64,000 nt of DNA. Origin: Heterodontus francisci. Taxonomy: Eukaryota. The notes beneath the pieces were generated by a model. That model was not told where the DNA came from and did not search any database. It saw only the letters and a program-made list of their open reading frames with translations. The number at the start of each line of letters is the position of its first letter. The stretch's first letter is position 1. The stretch covers positions 17,856,001 to 17,920,000 of the forward strand of contig NC_090380.1 of NCBI RefSeq assembly GCF_036365525.1, given 5' to 3'. Positions 9,401 to 21,400 of this stretch are shown here, one piece after another. The translations under genes and the position numbers were made by a program.

Positions 9401-12400
9401 AATCCACTTTGGTAGGAAGAGTAAAAAGGCAGATTATTTAGATGGAGAAAGACTACAAAATACTGCAGTACAGAGGGATCAGGGTGTTCCTGTGCATGAA
9501 ACACAAAAGCTTAGCATGCAGCTGCAGCAAGCAATTAGGAAGGCGAATGGAATTTTGGCCTTTATTGCTAGGGGGTTAGAGTTTAAAAATAGGGAAGTCC
9601 TGTTACAGCTGTACAGGGTGTTGGTGAGGCCACACCTGGAGTACTGTGTACAGTTTTGGTCCCCGTATTTAAAGAAGGATATACTAGCATTGGAGGCAGT
9701 TCAGAAAAGGTTCACTAGGCTGACTCCTGGGATGAAGGGGCTGTCTTATCAAGAGTGGCTAAACAGGCTAGGCCTTTATTCATTGGAGTTTAGAAGAATG
9801 AGAGGTGATCTTATCGAAACATATAAGATTTTAAGGGGTTTCGATAGGGTAGATGTTGAGAAGATGTTTCCACTAGTGGGGGAATCTTGAACTAGGGAAC
9901 ATAGTTACAGAAGAAGGGGGCACACATTTAAAACTGAGATGCGAAGGAATTTCTTCTCTCAGAGGGTGGTGAATCTCTGGAATTCTCTGCCTCAGAGAGT
10001 TGTGGAGGCTAGGTCATTAAATGTATTTAAGGAGGAGGTAGATAGATTTTTGAAATTTCAGGGAGTCGAGGGTTAGGCAGAGCAGGCCCGAAAGAGAAGT
10101 TGAGGACTGGGACTGATCAGTCATGATCTTATTGAATGGGGGAGCAGGCTTGAGGGGCTGAATGGTCTACTCCTGCTCCTATTTCTTATGTTCTTTTAGT
10201 TGCAAAATGTTAAGTGCACAAATTATAGACATCAGGCATTTTGGGAAGAGACCAGCCCAGCTGCTATATGTAAAACTTAGCCTAAAAGAACATTTATGGT
10301 CTGTTTATTTGCATTCAACTGCAGGCCTTATTTCATACACTGATCCTTCCAGAATCTGGTCCGTTCACTTTTCTGATCTTCATCTGGACAGTAAAATGTT
10401 TTAAATAGGATTCTTGGAGGTCATTCGTAGCCTCTTGTCATCAGACCATGGCAGCTAACTGTCTTTAACTTAAATTAGGTAGGAATCTCTAGATAAGGTA
10501 AATTTCCCTGTTGCCATGGCAATGGTGCTGTGATGGAATGGACACTTGGTTGCAGACTATTTCCACCTCCATAACATCGCCCGACTTTCTCCTTGCCTCA
10601 GCTCATCAGCTGCTGAAACCATCACTCATGCTGTAGCCTAGACTATTCCAACACACTCCTGGCTAGTCTCCCACACATTCTACCCTCTGGAAACTTGAGG
10701 TAATCCCAAAACTGCTGCCCCTGTCCTTACTTGCGTCAAGTCCTGTTCACCTACCACCCCTGTGCTTGCTGCCTACATTGACTCCCAGTCAAGCAACGTC
10801 TTGATTTTAAAATTCTCATGCTTGTTTTCAAATCTGTCCATGGCCTCTCCTCTCCCTAACTCTGTAATCTCTTTAGCCCCACAACACTCCCTGATATCTG
10901 TGCTCACCTAATTTTGGCTTCGTGAGCATCTCTGATTTTAATTGCCTCACCATTGGTGGCAGTGCCTTCAGTTGCTTCGGCCCTACGCTCTGGAATTCCC
11001 TCCCCACACACCTCTGGCTCTCTCTCCCTATTTCTTCCTTTAAGACACTCCTTAAAACATACCTCTTTGACCAAGCTTTTGACCATCCGACCTAATATCT
11101 CCTTATATGGATTGGTGTTTTTATGAGCTTGGAAAGGACATGACTGGAGAAAGGAGAGAAACTAGGGAAAGATGTGAGATCAGGGCTAGGGCAGGGGGAA
11201 TTTTAGAGGAAGTTTGGTCTGGTGGGCTAGTGAAAGGGAGGAACATGGCAGAGGTAGCTGATAGGATGGTCTCGATCTTAGTAACAAGTCTATGAGCTGC
11301 TTGCACATATTGTTGAAGGTGAGGATGGAGGAGATGGGAGAGGGGCTTAAGAAGGCAGTTTGTAGTAGAGAAAAGAAGCCGGGGGTGGGAGTGAGAGGAG
11401 GGCATTATCTTTGCATTCCAGGATGATCCTGGAATAGTGAGCTGTTTTAACAGATGAGAGCAGGACCAAATAGTGTTTTAAGTGGTCCAGCCAGATCTGG
11501 CAGCAGATGACTAAACCAGTTGTCTGCAGTATCCTTTTGAAGTTTGCATCCCTTGGATTTAAAGGGAGTGGAGATGAGGACTGTACTGGGGGAGCAGCCA
11601 GGGTGTGAGAGAGAGTAATGGTTTAATGGGAACTAGGGAGTCAAAGATGATGGAGAGGGTGCGGTTGAGCAAACCCGTAGCTGTAGAAATGTCGTAGCAC
11701 ACAGAGGGCCAGAGGCTAGAGAGTTGAGATTCATCTTGCTAGATACCTACTCCGTATGTGGGGCCTGTACATCAATATTTTAATTAAAATAACACGTAGG
11801 TTGCGCAAGTGCATGTGCCAGTTCCAGGTCTTCTCACTGGGAATGGGATGTTTTGTCAGAATGTGCTGTACTTTACCCATATAAAATGAGCAGTGAGCCA
11901 ATAGGCTAACAAATGTTAAAGTGGAATTTAACTTTTAGGTTTCTGAGAGCTGAGGTTTTCTAGTGTTGCCGTTTTCTTTTTCGCTGGGTTTTGGCAGCAA
12001 GATACTCTTGTGCTTCAATTAAAATATTGCGAATGGGAATTCCAGAGGGGGAATTATTCCTTCGGGTTAATTGGAGGAGGAGAAAAGAAAGAGGATGAAA
12101 GGAGGGATGTCAAAGGCAGAGGGCTGAATTGTTGGGCCCCATCAAGAGCAGGAACGGAGGCGGACGGGGCCCAACAATACCACCACTGGCCGGCATGCCG
12201 GTTTCCCAGCCCCATTCCTGGCTGGCGTTTTGGTGAGGGTGGGTTTGGGCCCACCAGGGCTACTCACCCCCACAACGCAGCAAGTTAGGCTCATTAAAGC
12301 CTTGTAAAGCACACTTAAAGGAGTCTGACTGGGATTTTCCAGTTGGCTTCCAGTTTCCCAACCCAACGGGGGCAAATGACCTGCCTAGAAACGGGCATCC

Positions 12401-15400
12401 AGTGGCTGGGGGGGGGGAGGCAGCACTCCGAGACTCCCTCCCTGCCTACCTAGGTGTAGCCAAAGGCTGCCCTGTAGTGGGATTTCCTACCACCACCCTG
12501 CCCCAAGCCCCCAACCCACACAGTGGTGGCCTGGCTGCTGTATCTTTTTAATCTAAACTTTAAAAAAAAAAGTTGGTGAGAGGGTGCATCCATGTTGAAG
12601 TGCCCTCTTGGTTACTTACCATACATTGCAGGCTGCTGCTCCCCTCAAGCTGGAAGACCTCTGATTGGCCCTCCAGCTTAGAGAGCCCACCCACCACCCT
12701 TAATTGGATGGAGAGCCTTTCTCCATACCAATTAAAGGGGCGCCTCCATGAAAACTCCTGGTTGGTGATTGATTTTCCCCCTTTGATGAGTTCAGGACGC
12801 AGAAACAGCCCCGACTCCTGTTTCCTGTCCCCGATGTGAAAATCCAGCCCAGACAGTCTGCAGCTGCCCTAACTCACTACAGCCATGTTTACTGATCCAG
12901 GCACACTGACCTGGGAATTTCTAAAGGATACCTGCTTTCGCGAACCCCAATTTGTCAGGGTGGCAGCAATGGAGTTGCACTGCCAACTTGAATCTAATCT
13001 GCTGATGTGCTGTACCAGGGGCCAGCGCTGACAGTGGCTGATCCAATATTGTTCGTTTTACACTACCATCCAAAACCAGAGTGATTCCCCTCTGAGTGCA
13101 GGCCTTTCATTCGTGAATTCCTCCATGGTGCTGCTTCTGGTAAGCTGGAGGATGAACTGGTTTATAAGGTCAGAAATCCTCAAAGATAAAATACAACATT
13201 GATCTGTATGCCGTTAAGGCTACATGATGTAATTCCCTTGGGTTCTTGAAATGAATGCTGGTGTCACTTTGCAGATAATAGCCATGACATGACTGTTTGA
13301 TTAACAAGTCATTTAACAGATAGATGAGGCTTACAGCAATTTAAGATTGCTTTGCGCTCATAAGAGCTAAGGCTGAGTGTATGAAAATTGTTGTTTAATT
13401 TTAAACTTTCCTATGTTTACACCCAGCTTTGACCTGTTTAATTATTTTTCATTTTTATTTATTTCTCTGTGGACAACTGTGAAAATGGAAGTGAGGCCTG
13501 GGAGTTATTCATGTGCAGAGAATTACCTAGTCAGATGTGGTAGCTTAAATTTGCCCAGGTACAAATAAGGCTTGGTGATCTCATTGAAACGTACAAGATT
13601 CTGAAGGGGCTTGAGAGGTTGTTTCCCCTGGCTGGGGAATCTGGAACACGGCAATACAGTCTTGGGATCAATCATTTGGGACTGAGATGAGATATTTCTT
13701 CATTCAGAGGGTTGTGAATGTTCCATCACTGAATATGTTCAAGATTAGGGTAGACAGATGGTTGATCTCGCAGGGAGTCGAGGGATATGGGGAGTGGGCG
13801 GGAAAGTGAAGTTGAGGCAGATCAGCCATGATCGTATTGAATGGCAGAGCAGGCTCGAGGGCTGAGTGATACCACAAGACCTGGCCAGAATGGAGCTGAG
13901 TGGGTAATCCCCCATCATTTATTTGTGTTATGCAGCTCTCTTCCACTCACTGCATTTTACAGGAGGAATAATCCTCATTTTTTTTCAGCAAACCTGGCTG
14001 TAATTTTGGAAATGAGTTTTTTTTGCTGTACTGCTGGAGACTGTTTAAGTAGATTCTGATTGCTGAGTAAAAAGCCTTTGTTTGCTGTAAAATAGACTCT
14101 TTGCTGTGAGTCCTGCTATAATTCCCAACCCGCCAACCTGCCTCCAACTGATTTGGCTGACGGTGGTGTCAATACTCATTTTGTTAGAATAAATTTGCCT
14201 GTAATTGAGAGTGACATAAGCTACACCAGAATGTTACAGTAATATATTTTGGAGGACATATGAAGGGACAAAAGGCTGCAGTGGGTTAATAGACTGCTTA
14301 GTGGGAGAAGGCAGCGAGGCTGCTGCTGGCCAGATATTTTTGCAATGGTTTATGGAACTGTCTCGTGTAAATGCAGTGGTTTTCGAAAGAGGAGCGAAAT
14401 CCAGAAAACTGGATTCCAGCTCCAGCTCGGCACACAGGTGAAACGTTGACTAGGGTACTTGTTTCAATCAATTGATTTTACTTGCGGATGAAAAATGTGC
14501 TCATGCGAAGAGCTGGAGAATTGTATGTATCAATATGTTGAGCTGTGAGTTTCCAATCAATTAAATTGTATTTTGAGAAAGTGCTTTTTCAATTTTGAGA
14601 GGGTAGCACAGGTGGTAATGCTTTTGAGGATGAAGTTACTTGATGCAGCTAACACTTGCATGCTTCCTTTTACATTGCTTTACATCCCCTCCAGCTCTGT
14701 AAATGAGGCTGCCCTGACCCTGGTGATCTCACTGTGTGGCACTGGTTGCCATGTGGAATGGGTTGTGGATTAGTCCCTGACCTTGGTCCTCCCATTCTTC
14801 CAGCTGCACGGAGATTACAGACTCAATATTTTTTCTTAATTTGTCTGTGTGGAAATCAGAACATGAGACCTTGCATCTGAAGATGAATGTGAGATTCCTG
14901 CCCCTTTAGTGCTAGTCATAACATTGTTGAACCAACCACATAGTTGCTGTTCTGCCGGGCACAGGTTAAAAGAAGCTATCAGATTTATTCACTTTCGAGT
15001 ATAATCTCAGCCAGTTGTACTCTTAACAGTTTGTAGTTTGACTATTGCTTACTTACTAGTCCTGGTGATGAATCTTCCTCACTTATAAAATGTGTTTTCT
15101 TGTATATCTTTTCTGACGTTTTGGTACAGTAGAACCTTCTAGTTAGACATCTTGGAATCGACAGGTCAGTAACACTGAGCACTGAGATGATGTGCAAAGT
15201 AAATCAAAACCATGAGGGAGAATGGAATAGGACATTATGCTGATGGGGTGGGGGGAGGCTCTTGTGGAGCATAAGCACTGGCATGGACTAGTTGGGCCGA
15301 ATGGCCTGTTTCTGTGCTGTAAATTCTATGCAAAACTCTATTTCCATAAACAGTATGCTTTCAGATACAAGCTGGATACAGTGGGCTGGATTCTACAAGC

Positions 15401-18400
15401 TCACCACTGATCTTGGCAGCGAGCTTCAAAAATGGTGGTCCACCCATGCGGACTGCACATCGTGGATATTCAGCACGGCGGCTCATTTAAATGGCCGGGG
15501 CGGGGACCTTCCCCCCCCCCCCCGCCCCAATGATGTGGCGGGGGTGGACGGTCTGTCCCTGGAAATGGTGTCAGGTAGCACTGCACAGGCGCTGATGCCA
15601 TTTTTAAAGAGCTTCAAGCCTTACACTGCATTTACAATATTTAAAGAAATGCTGACTTAAAAAAATTAAATAAAGTGATTTCCCCCCCCCCCCCAATAAC
15701 CATAAAATTCATCACTTGCCCTCTTTTCCCCCCCCCTCCCCAAAACAGTTACCTTGTGCTCCTGACCTTCCCCTCCCCACCCCCAAAATTCATAAACTTG
15801 AAACTTTACCCCCTTCCCACGATCCCCTAGACCAATTAAATTATGATACCGCTCCCCCACCCCTGCCCCTGCACAGAGAAACTTACCCGCTCCCCACCAG
15901 GGTTCCGCCTCGGATCTCCGGACCAAGATCCGAAGGCGGGAGAGTGCAGCCACCAGGACCAGGTAAGTAATTAATTCGCTAATTTACATTTTTAAAAATA
16001 TGTTGATTTGGCTCCTGTTGCGTTGTTGGGGGGTGGGGGGGCAGCTGCCAGAAGGTCTCGCCGCTGCCAGCAATATTGGGCCGGCCCTTCCCAGCGTTGA
16101 GGCCCATGGCAGGCCTCTGCTGGAGGCATTTTCTACCTCCCCCGCCGGCCAAAGACCCCTGATGTTGTGGGGGGGTTGCTGTAAAATCCAGCCCTGTATC
16201 CACCTGTACTACAAAATATAAGCTGCTACTTGGTACTGTAATGTTGTAGACATTGCTTGAAAAATTGCTTCTGCTTTAAACAAGTCTGCCAGGTGTCATG
16301 GTAGGAAGCTGCCTTGCTAAACAGAGCAGAAACTGAAATTGGCAGTATAACTACAGTTTACAGTGACCTCTGTTTGGCTTTTGCTACTTGTTCATTGTGG
16401 ATCCCAGTACAAAAGTCTTGTACTACAACAAGAATTTTGCTGCTCAGTTCAGTACTGAGGGATTGATGCATTGTCTGAATTGCTGTCACTATGCAGCAGT
16501 TTCAGCTTTACACTGGGGCTAAATTGAATCCAATGTGAAGGCCTGACCTAAGTTCAGAGTGACGCAGAGTGTGAATCCTTTCTCTTCCAAAGAGTGTTAC
16601 GCCACTTAACACAGGCTTTCAGGCTGTATTTTAAATGCCATTAAAGATGCTATACAAATGCAAAATGTTGTTGCATTTGTAGTACACACTGGTACTGGGG
16701 CGACTGTAGATGCTACAAATTATGGTGGTGCTTGTTCGACATCCACTATTGGGTGAGCAGAAATTTCCTCTATTTCAATATTGGGAAGACCGAAGGCTTT
16801 TTTCTCTGTCCCTGCCGCAAACTCCATTCTCTAGATACCAAATCCATCCCATTCACTGGGCCGTTGTCTGAGGCTGAACTGGATTGTTCGCAGTCTCAAC
16901 ATCCTATTTGATCCTGAGTTGAGTTTCCAACCCCATATGCTCTCCATCATCAAGACCGCCTACTTGCACATCCGTTTATATTGCCTATCTGCATCTGGCT
17001 CATTCATTCTTTTGTTACCTCTACACTTGACTATTCCAATACTCTCCTGGCTTGACCCCCATTATTCAACCTTCATAAACTTAAGCACATCCAAAACTAT
17101 GCAGCCCCTATCCTAACTCCCACAATGTCCTATTCACCCATCACCCCTGTGCTCCATGACCTACATTGGCTCTTGATCTGGCAGTGCCTTGACTTTAAAA
17201 TTCTCATCCTTGTGTTCAGATTCATCTATGGCCTTGCCCTTCCCCAACCGTTGACAGCTTTCTGGGCCCGAAACTCTGGAATTCCCTCCCTAAACCTCTC
17301 CGTCCCTCTACCTCTCTCTCTCTCTGCCTTTAAGATGCTCCTTAAAACTTACCTTTTTAACCAAGCTTTTGGCTGCCTGTCCTAATATCTCCTCCTATCA
17401 CTTGTCAGATTTTGTCTGATGACGCTCCTGTGAAGTGCCCTAGGACGTTTTGCTACATTAAAGGTGCTATATTAAAAAGTTGCGTTGTGTAAATGCATCC
17501 TTTTGTAAACTGATGTTTACAGGATGTGGGTGTCATTAGCAATGCTGCAATTCTTCTCCATCCCTAATTGACCTTGAGAAGGTAGTGTTGAGCTGCCTTC
17601 CTGAACCACCAGTTCATTTGGTAAAGGTACATTCAAAATACTGTTAGGAGGGAGATCCAGGAATTTTATCCAGAGACAATGATGGAAAGGCAATATATGT
17701 TCAAGGCAGGGTGGTGTGTGACTTGCTGTTGCATTTGGAGGGGTTGGTGTTCCCAGGCATCTGCTGCCCTTGCCCTTCTAGGTGACGGAGGTTGTGGGTT
17801 TGGGAGGTGCTGCCAATGAAATTTGCAGTCACGGTGTCTGGGTGTTGGATGAAATGCTTGTTTAGGCTATTGGATGAGGTGCTTAATCCTGTATTGTGTC
17901 GAGCTTCTTGAATGTTGTTGCAGATGCACCCATCCAAGAAAATTCCATTGCACTCCTAACTTGTGCCTTGGAGGTGGTGGAGAGGCTTTGGGCAGTCATG
18001 AGATGAGCTACATGTGGCGGAATAACCAGTCTCTGAGCTGCTATAGTAGCCACAGCATTTGTGCGGCTGGTTCAGTTGAGTTGCTGGCCATTGGAGACCC
18101 CCAGAATGTTGAATGGTGATGGTAATGCCATTGACATGGATGTTAGGGGAAAAAAGAAAGACTTGTATTTATATTGCACCTTTCATGACCACCGGATGTC
18201 TCAAAGGTCTTTACAGCCAATGAAGTACTTTTGAAGTGTAGTCACTGTTATAATTTAGGACATGATCATTGCTTGGCATTTAGGTGCATGGTGTCCAGGT
18301 CTTGCTGCATACAGGTATTATGAATGGAACTGAGCACTAATGAATAATGAACAGCCACGCCTCTGACCTTATGCTGGAGAGAGATCATTGATGAGCAGCT

Positions 18401-21400
18401 GAAGAAAGTTGGGCTTGGCGCACTCTCTGAGGAACTGCTGCAGCAATGACCTGGGGCTGAGATGTACCGTGGAAGAAGGATATTGTTTATCAGTAATCAT
18501 TGGGAAATGATATTGTGACAGCGTAGTAGGTGTGCAGAGTGCTCCCGTCCCAGGTATAAGAACAGATTCAAAAAGCACTCTCCCTTAAATCCGCATTTGG
18601 GATGTGTGTGTTCTGTCCCTCTTAAAGATTCCAGTGGCTCCTTACAATATGCTCTTTAGCTCACCAGGTAGCACCCAGGAGCAGTGTGTTGAAGGCATTT
18701 GAATCATCAGAGTGTGTGAATAATATATCTACATTAACCAGCTGTACTGCAGCTGCTGTCTGTGAATAATATGACTGTATATTAACAGCAAATAGTCCAG
18801 CTGCTATGTGTGAATGATATACCTGTACATTAACTGGAAATTTTCCAATTAGTGTCTGTATAATAAGTCGAATCTGTTGCTTGTCAACTGCAGCCTGGAA
18901 GTTATCCAAATATTTCTGTAAGCTAGCATGGATATTAGAATGTGTTTCAATAGGGAACATTGTAATGCTACATATGAGTATTAAATTTGTACATATACAA
19001 GATTTGAAAATGAGAGCTGCTTGTTGAAAAAAATATACATCATTTCCCTCCTGTTGCCAATTTCTAGGCTCTGTGGGTGAGCAGGTAAACTGTTCCTGTG
19101 TCATTGTATCCAGCAGCAGTCTGAAGGGGTGCTCAAGTTAAAGAATTTGTTTTATTAATACGGCCCTCACAGCTCTTCTATGGATTGGTTAACCTCCAAA
19201 AACATATTGGAAATGAAACAATTAAAGGGTAGTAATGTCACTTGGGATGTTCTCAACTGAAAATTTGTGACAACTTTTAGAGGTGAGTTGGGTTTACGAC
19301 GAAGGTTACAGAGTTGCTGAAACAGCAGAAGAAATTAAGACTGTTGTTAGAGAAATCCCCTTTACAGAAAGAAAAGACTTGTATTTACATGGCAACTTCC
19401 ATGACTGCAGGATGCCCTAAAGCTATTAACTGTCAGTGAAGTACTTTTGACGTCTAGTCACTGTCGTAATGTAGGGAAATGCAGCAGCCAATTCGTGCAC
19501 AGCAAGGTTTCTCAAACAGTAATGAGATAAATGACCAGGAAATCTGTTTTAGTGATGTTGGTTGGAGGATAAATATTTGCCAGGACGCCTGGAGAACTCC
19601 CCTGCTCTTATGTGAATAGTGTCATGAGTTCTTTTTCATCCACCTAAGGTTTAAATTCTCACCTAAAAGATAGCGATTTAGACAATGCAGTGCTTTCTTT
19701 CTCAGTGCTAGGGAGTCTAGATCATGTGCTCAAGTCTGTGGAGTAGGATTTGAGCTCATGACCACTTGACCCAGAGACAAGAGTGCTACCACAGTGCCGA
19801 GGCTGACACTGCTGTTGGACATATATATTGAATGAAATGAGACAAAGATTGGAAACATTGTATGCATAGTATCAGATTAATAGATTTTTAAAAAATGTTT
19901 CAAGTTACAGGGCATCATCTTTTTTAAACCTAGCAAGATTGCTTCTTGGTACAATGTTACATCTCTGCCGCACTTAGATATTGAAATGCAAATATCAGCT
20001 GAATTTTAAATTGACACATTTCTGACATTTATTCAAACATAATCTTGGTCTGAATCTGACTGTATTGTGCAAATACAAATTGCAACATTTAGACTGACTC
20101 ATTCCTGTGTTGAACTTTAATGAACAATGTTTTAAAAGTAACTAAGGAGTTAATTCGGCTCCATTGCACTTGTGCCAGCTCTTCAACTGGAGCTATCTAC
20201 CTTGATTTCCTTTCCCTATATCCTTTTAAATACTCCTTTTTCAAATATTTATCCAATTCCCCCTTAAATTGTTGTTGCTGCTGTCTCAACAACCTCTTTG
20301 GTAAAGCACACCACCTTCTAGTTAATATGCAGTCAGACTTTTTCTAAATCTGTGAGGTGCATTCTCCTCTGTGCTGACCTGTGGATTTGTGCGGTTTTGT
20401 GCTGGAAACAGCCACATATTGAACTGGAGTGTTTTTTCCCTCTAGTTCCATAAGGTGAAGGTTTCCACTTTTTGCTAATTGTAGCCAGATCAAAAATGCA
20501 TGTATAAAGAATGCACTGTAAATAACAAACAAAGGAAACTCTCACCCAGGTGACATTGAGTGAAATGGTTCTCACTGGGGGCGGGTCGGAAGTTTTATCA
20601 ATGCAGCGTTTTGTTTCACGGTTGCTTTAACAACAGTAAATGTACAATAAAAAAAGGGGAAAAGGATCAGTTTTACTAAATGAAAAGGAAAGTGAATCCA
20701 ATTTGTGGTTTTTGTACTGAGGTCACTGGTGGCACAATGTTTGGTGGATGCCAATAAAATTTGATGAGGTAGTACAATTTATAATTAACCCAAATTGTTC
20801 TGTCTCTTCCTGGCAGTGTAAAGTGAAGGGCTGCAATTTCAGTGCCCATGAGAAGCTGGTTCAGATTCACTGGAGAAATGTAAGTGTTGTACTTAATCTA
20901 TTGAATTATGTAAAGGATTAAAATGATTTAAATGGTTTAACATGCTAAATTTTGGAATCTTTCAATCTGTTACATTGTTTTGCGAGAGTGAATTGGATAT
21001 CTAATGAAATGTCGTCTAATCTTTGTTTGCTCCTTTGTTATTTGTAAACAGGCACATGGGCCAGGAGCAAAAAGAATTAAGCTAGATACTCCAGAGGAAA
21101 TCACCAAGTGGTGTGAGGAGAGAAAGAGGTGAGCTTTTATTTGTATGACTTTGTGCATTTGAAAATAGTCGGAGTTATGGTGCACTTCATCCTGTGCAGT
21201 AGGCAAGGCTTTCTTCATGAATAACATCAGTGAAGGAACAGACCTGACAAAAAGTTGTTTGTATAGCGTCAAGTTTGGGTTTTAAGTCTGCTGATAGTGA
21301 GAGGTTGGAAAGACTGAGTGAAGTGAGGCGTTCCACAGTTATAGAAAAGAATCTGTTTGAGTAGGAGACTTGAGCTAAATGGGATGTAGGCAGGAAGAGG

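Noticed and set aside
15065-15116. Box C/D snoRNA candidate (GTGATGA...CTGA) in an intron of a snoRNP assembly gene
   Set aside because: Only about 52 nt, with no terminal stem and no recognisable C'/D' boxes or rRNA guide.
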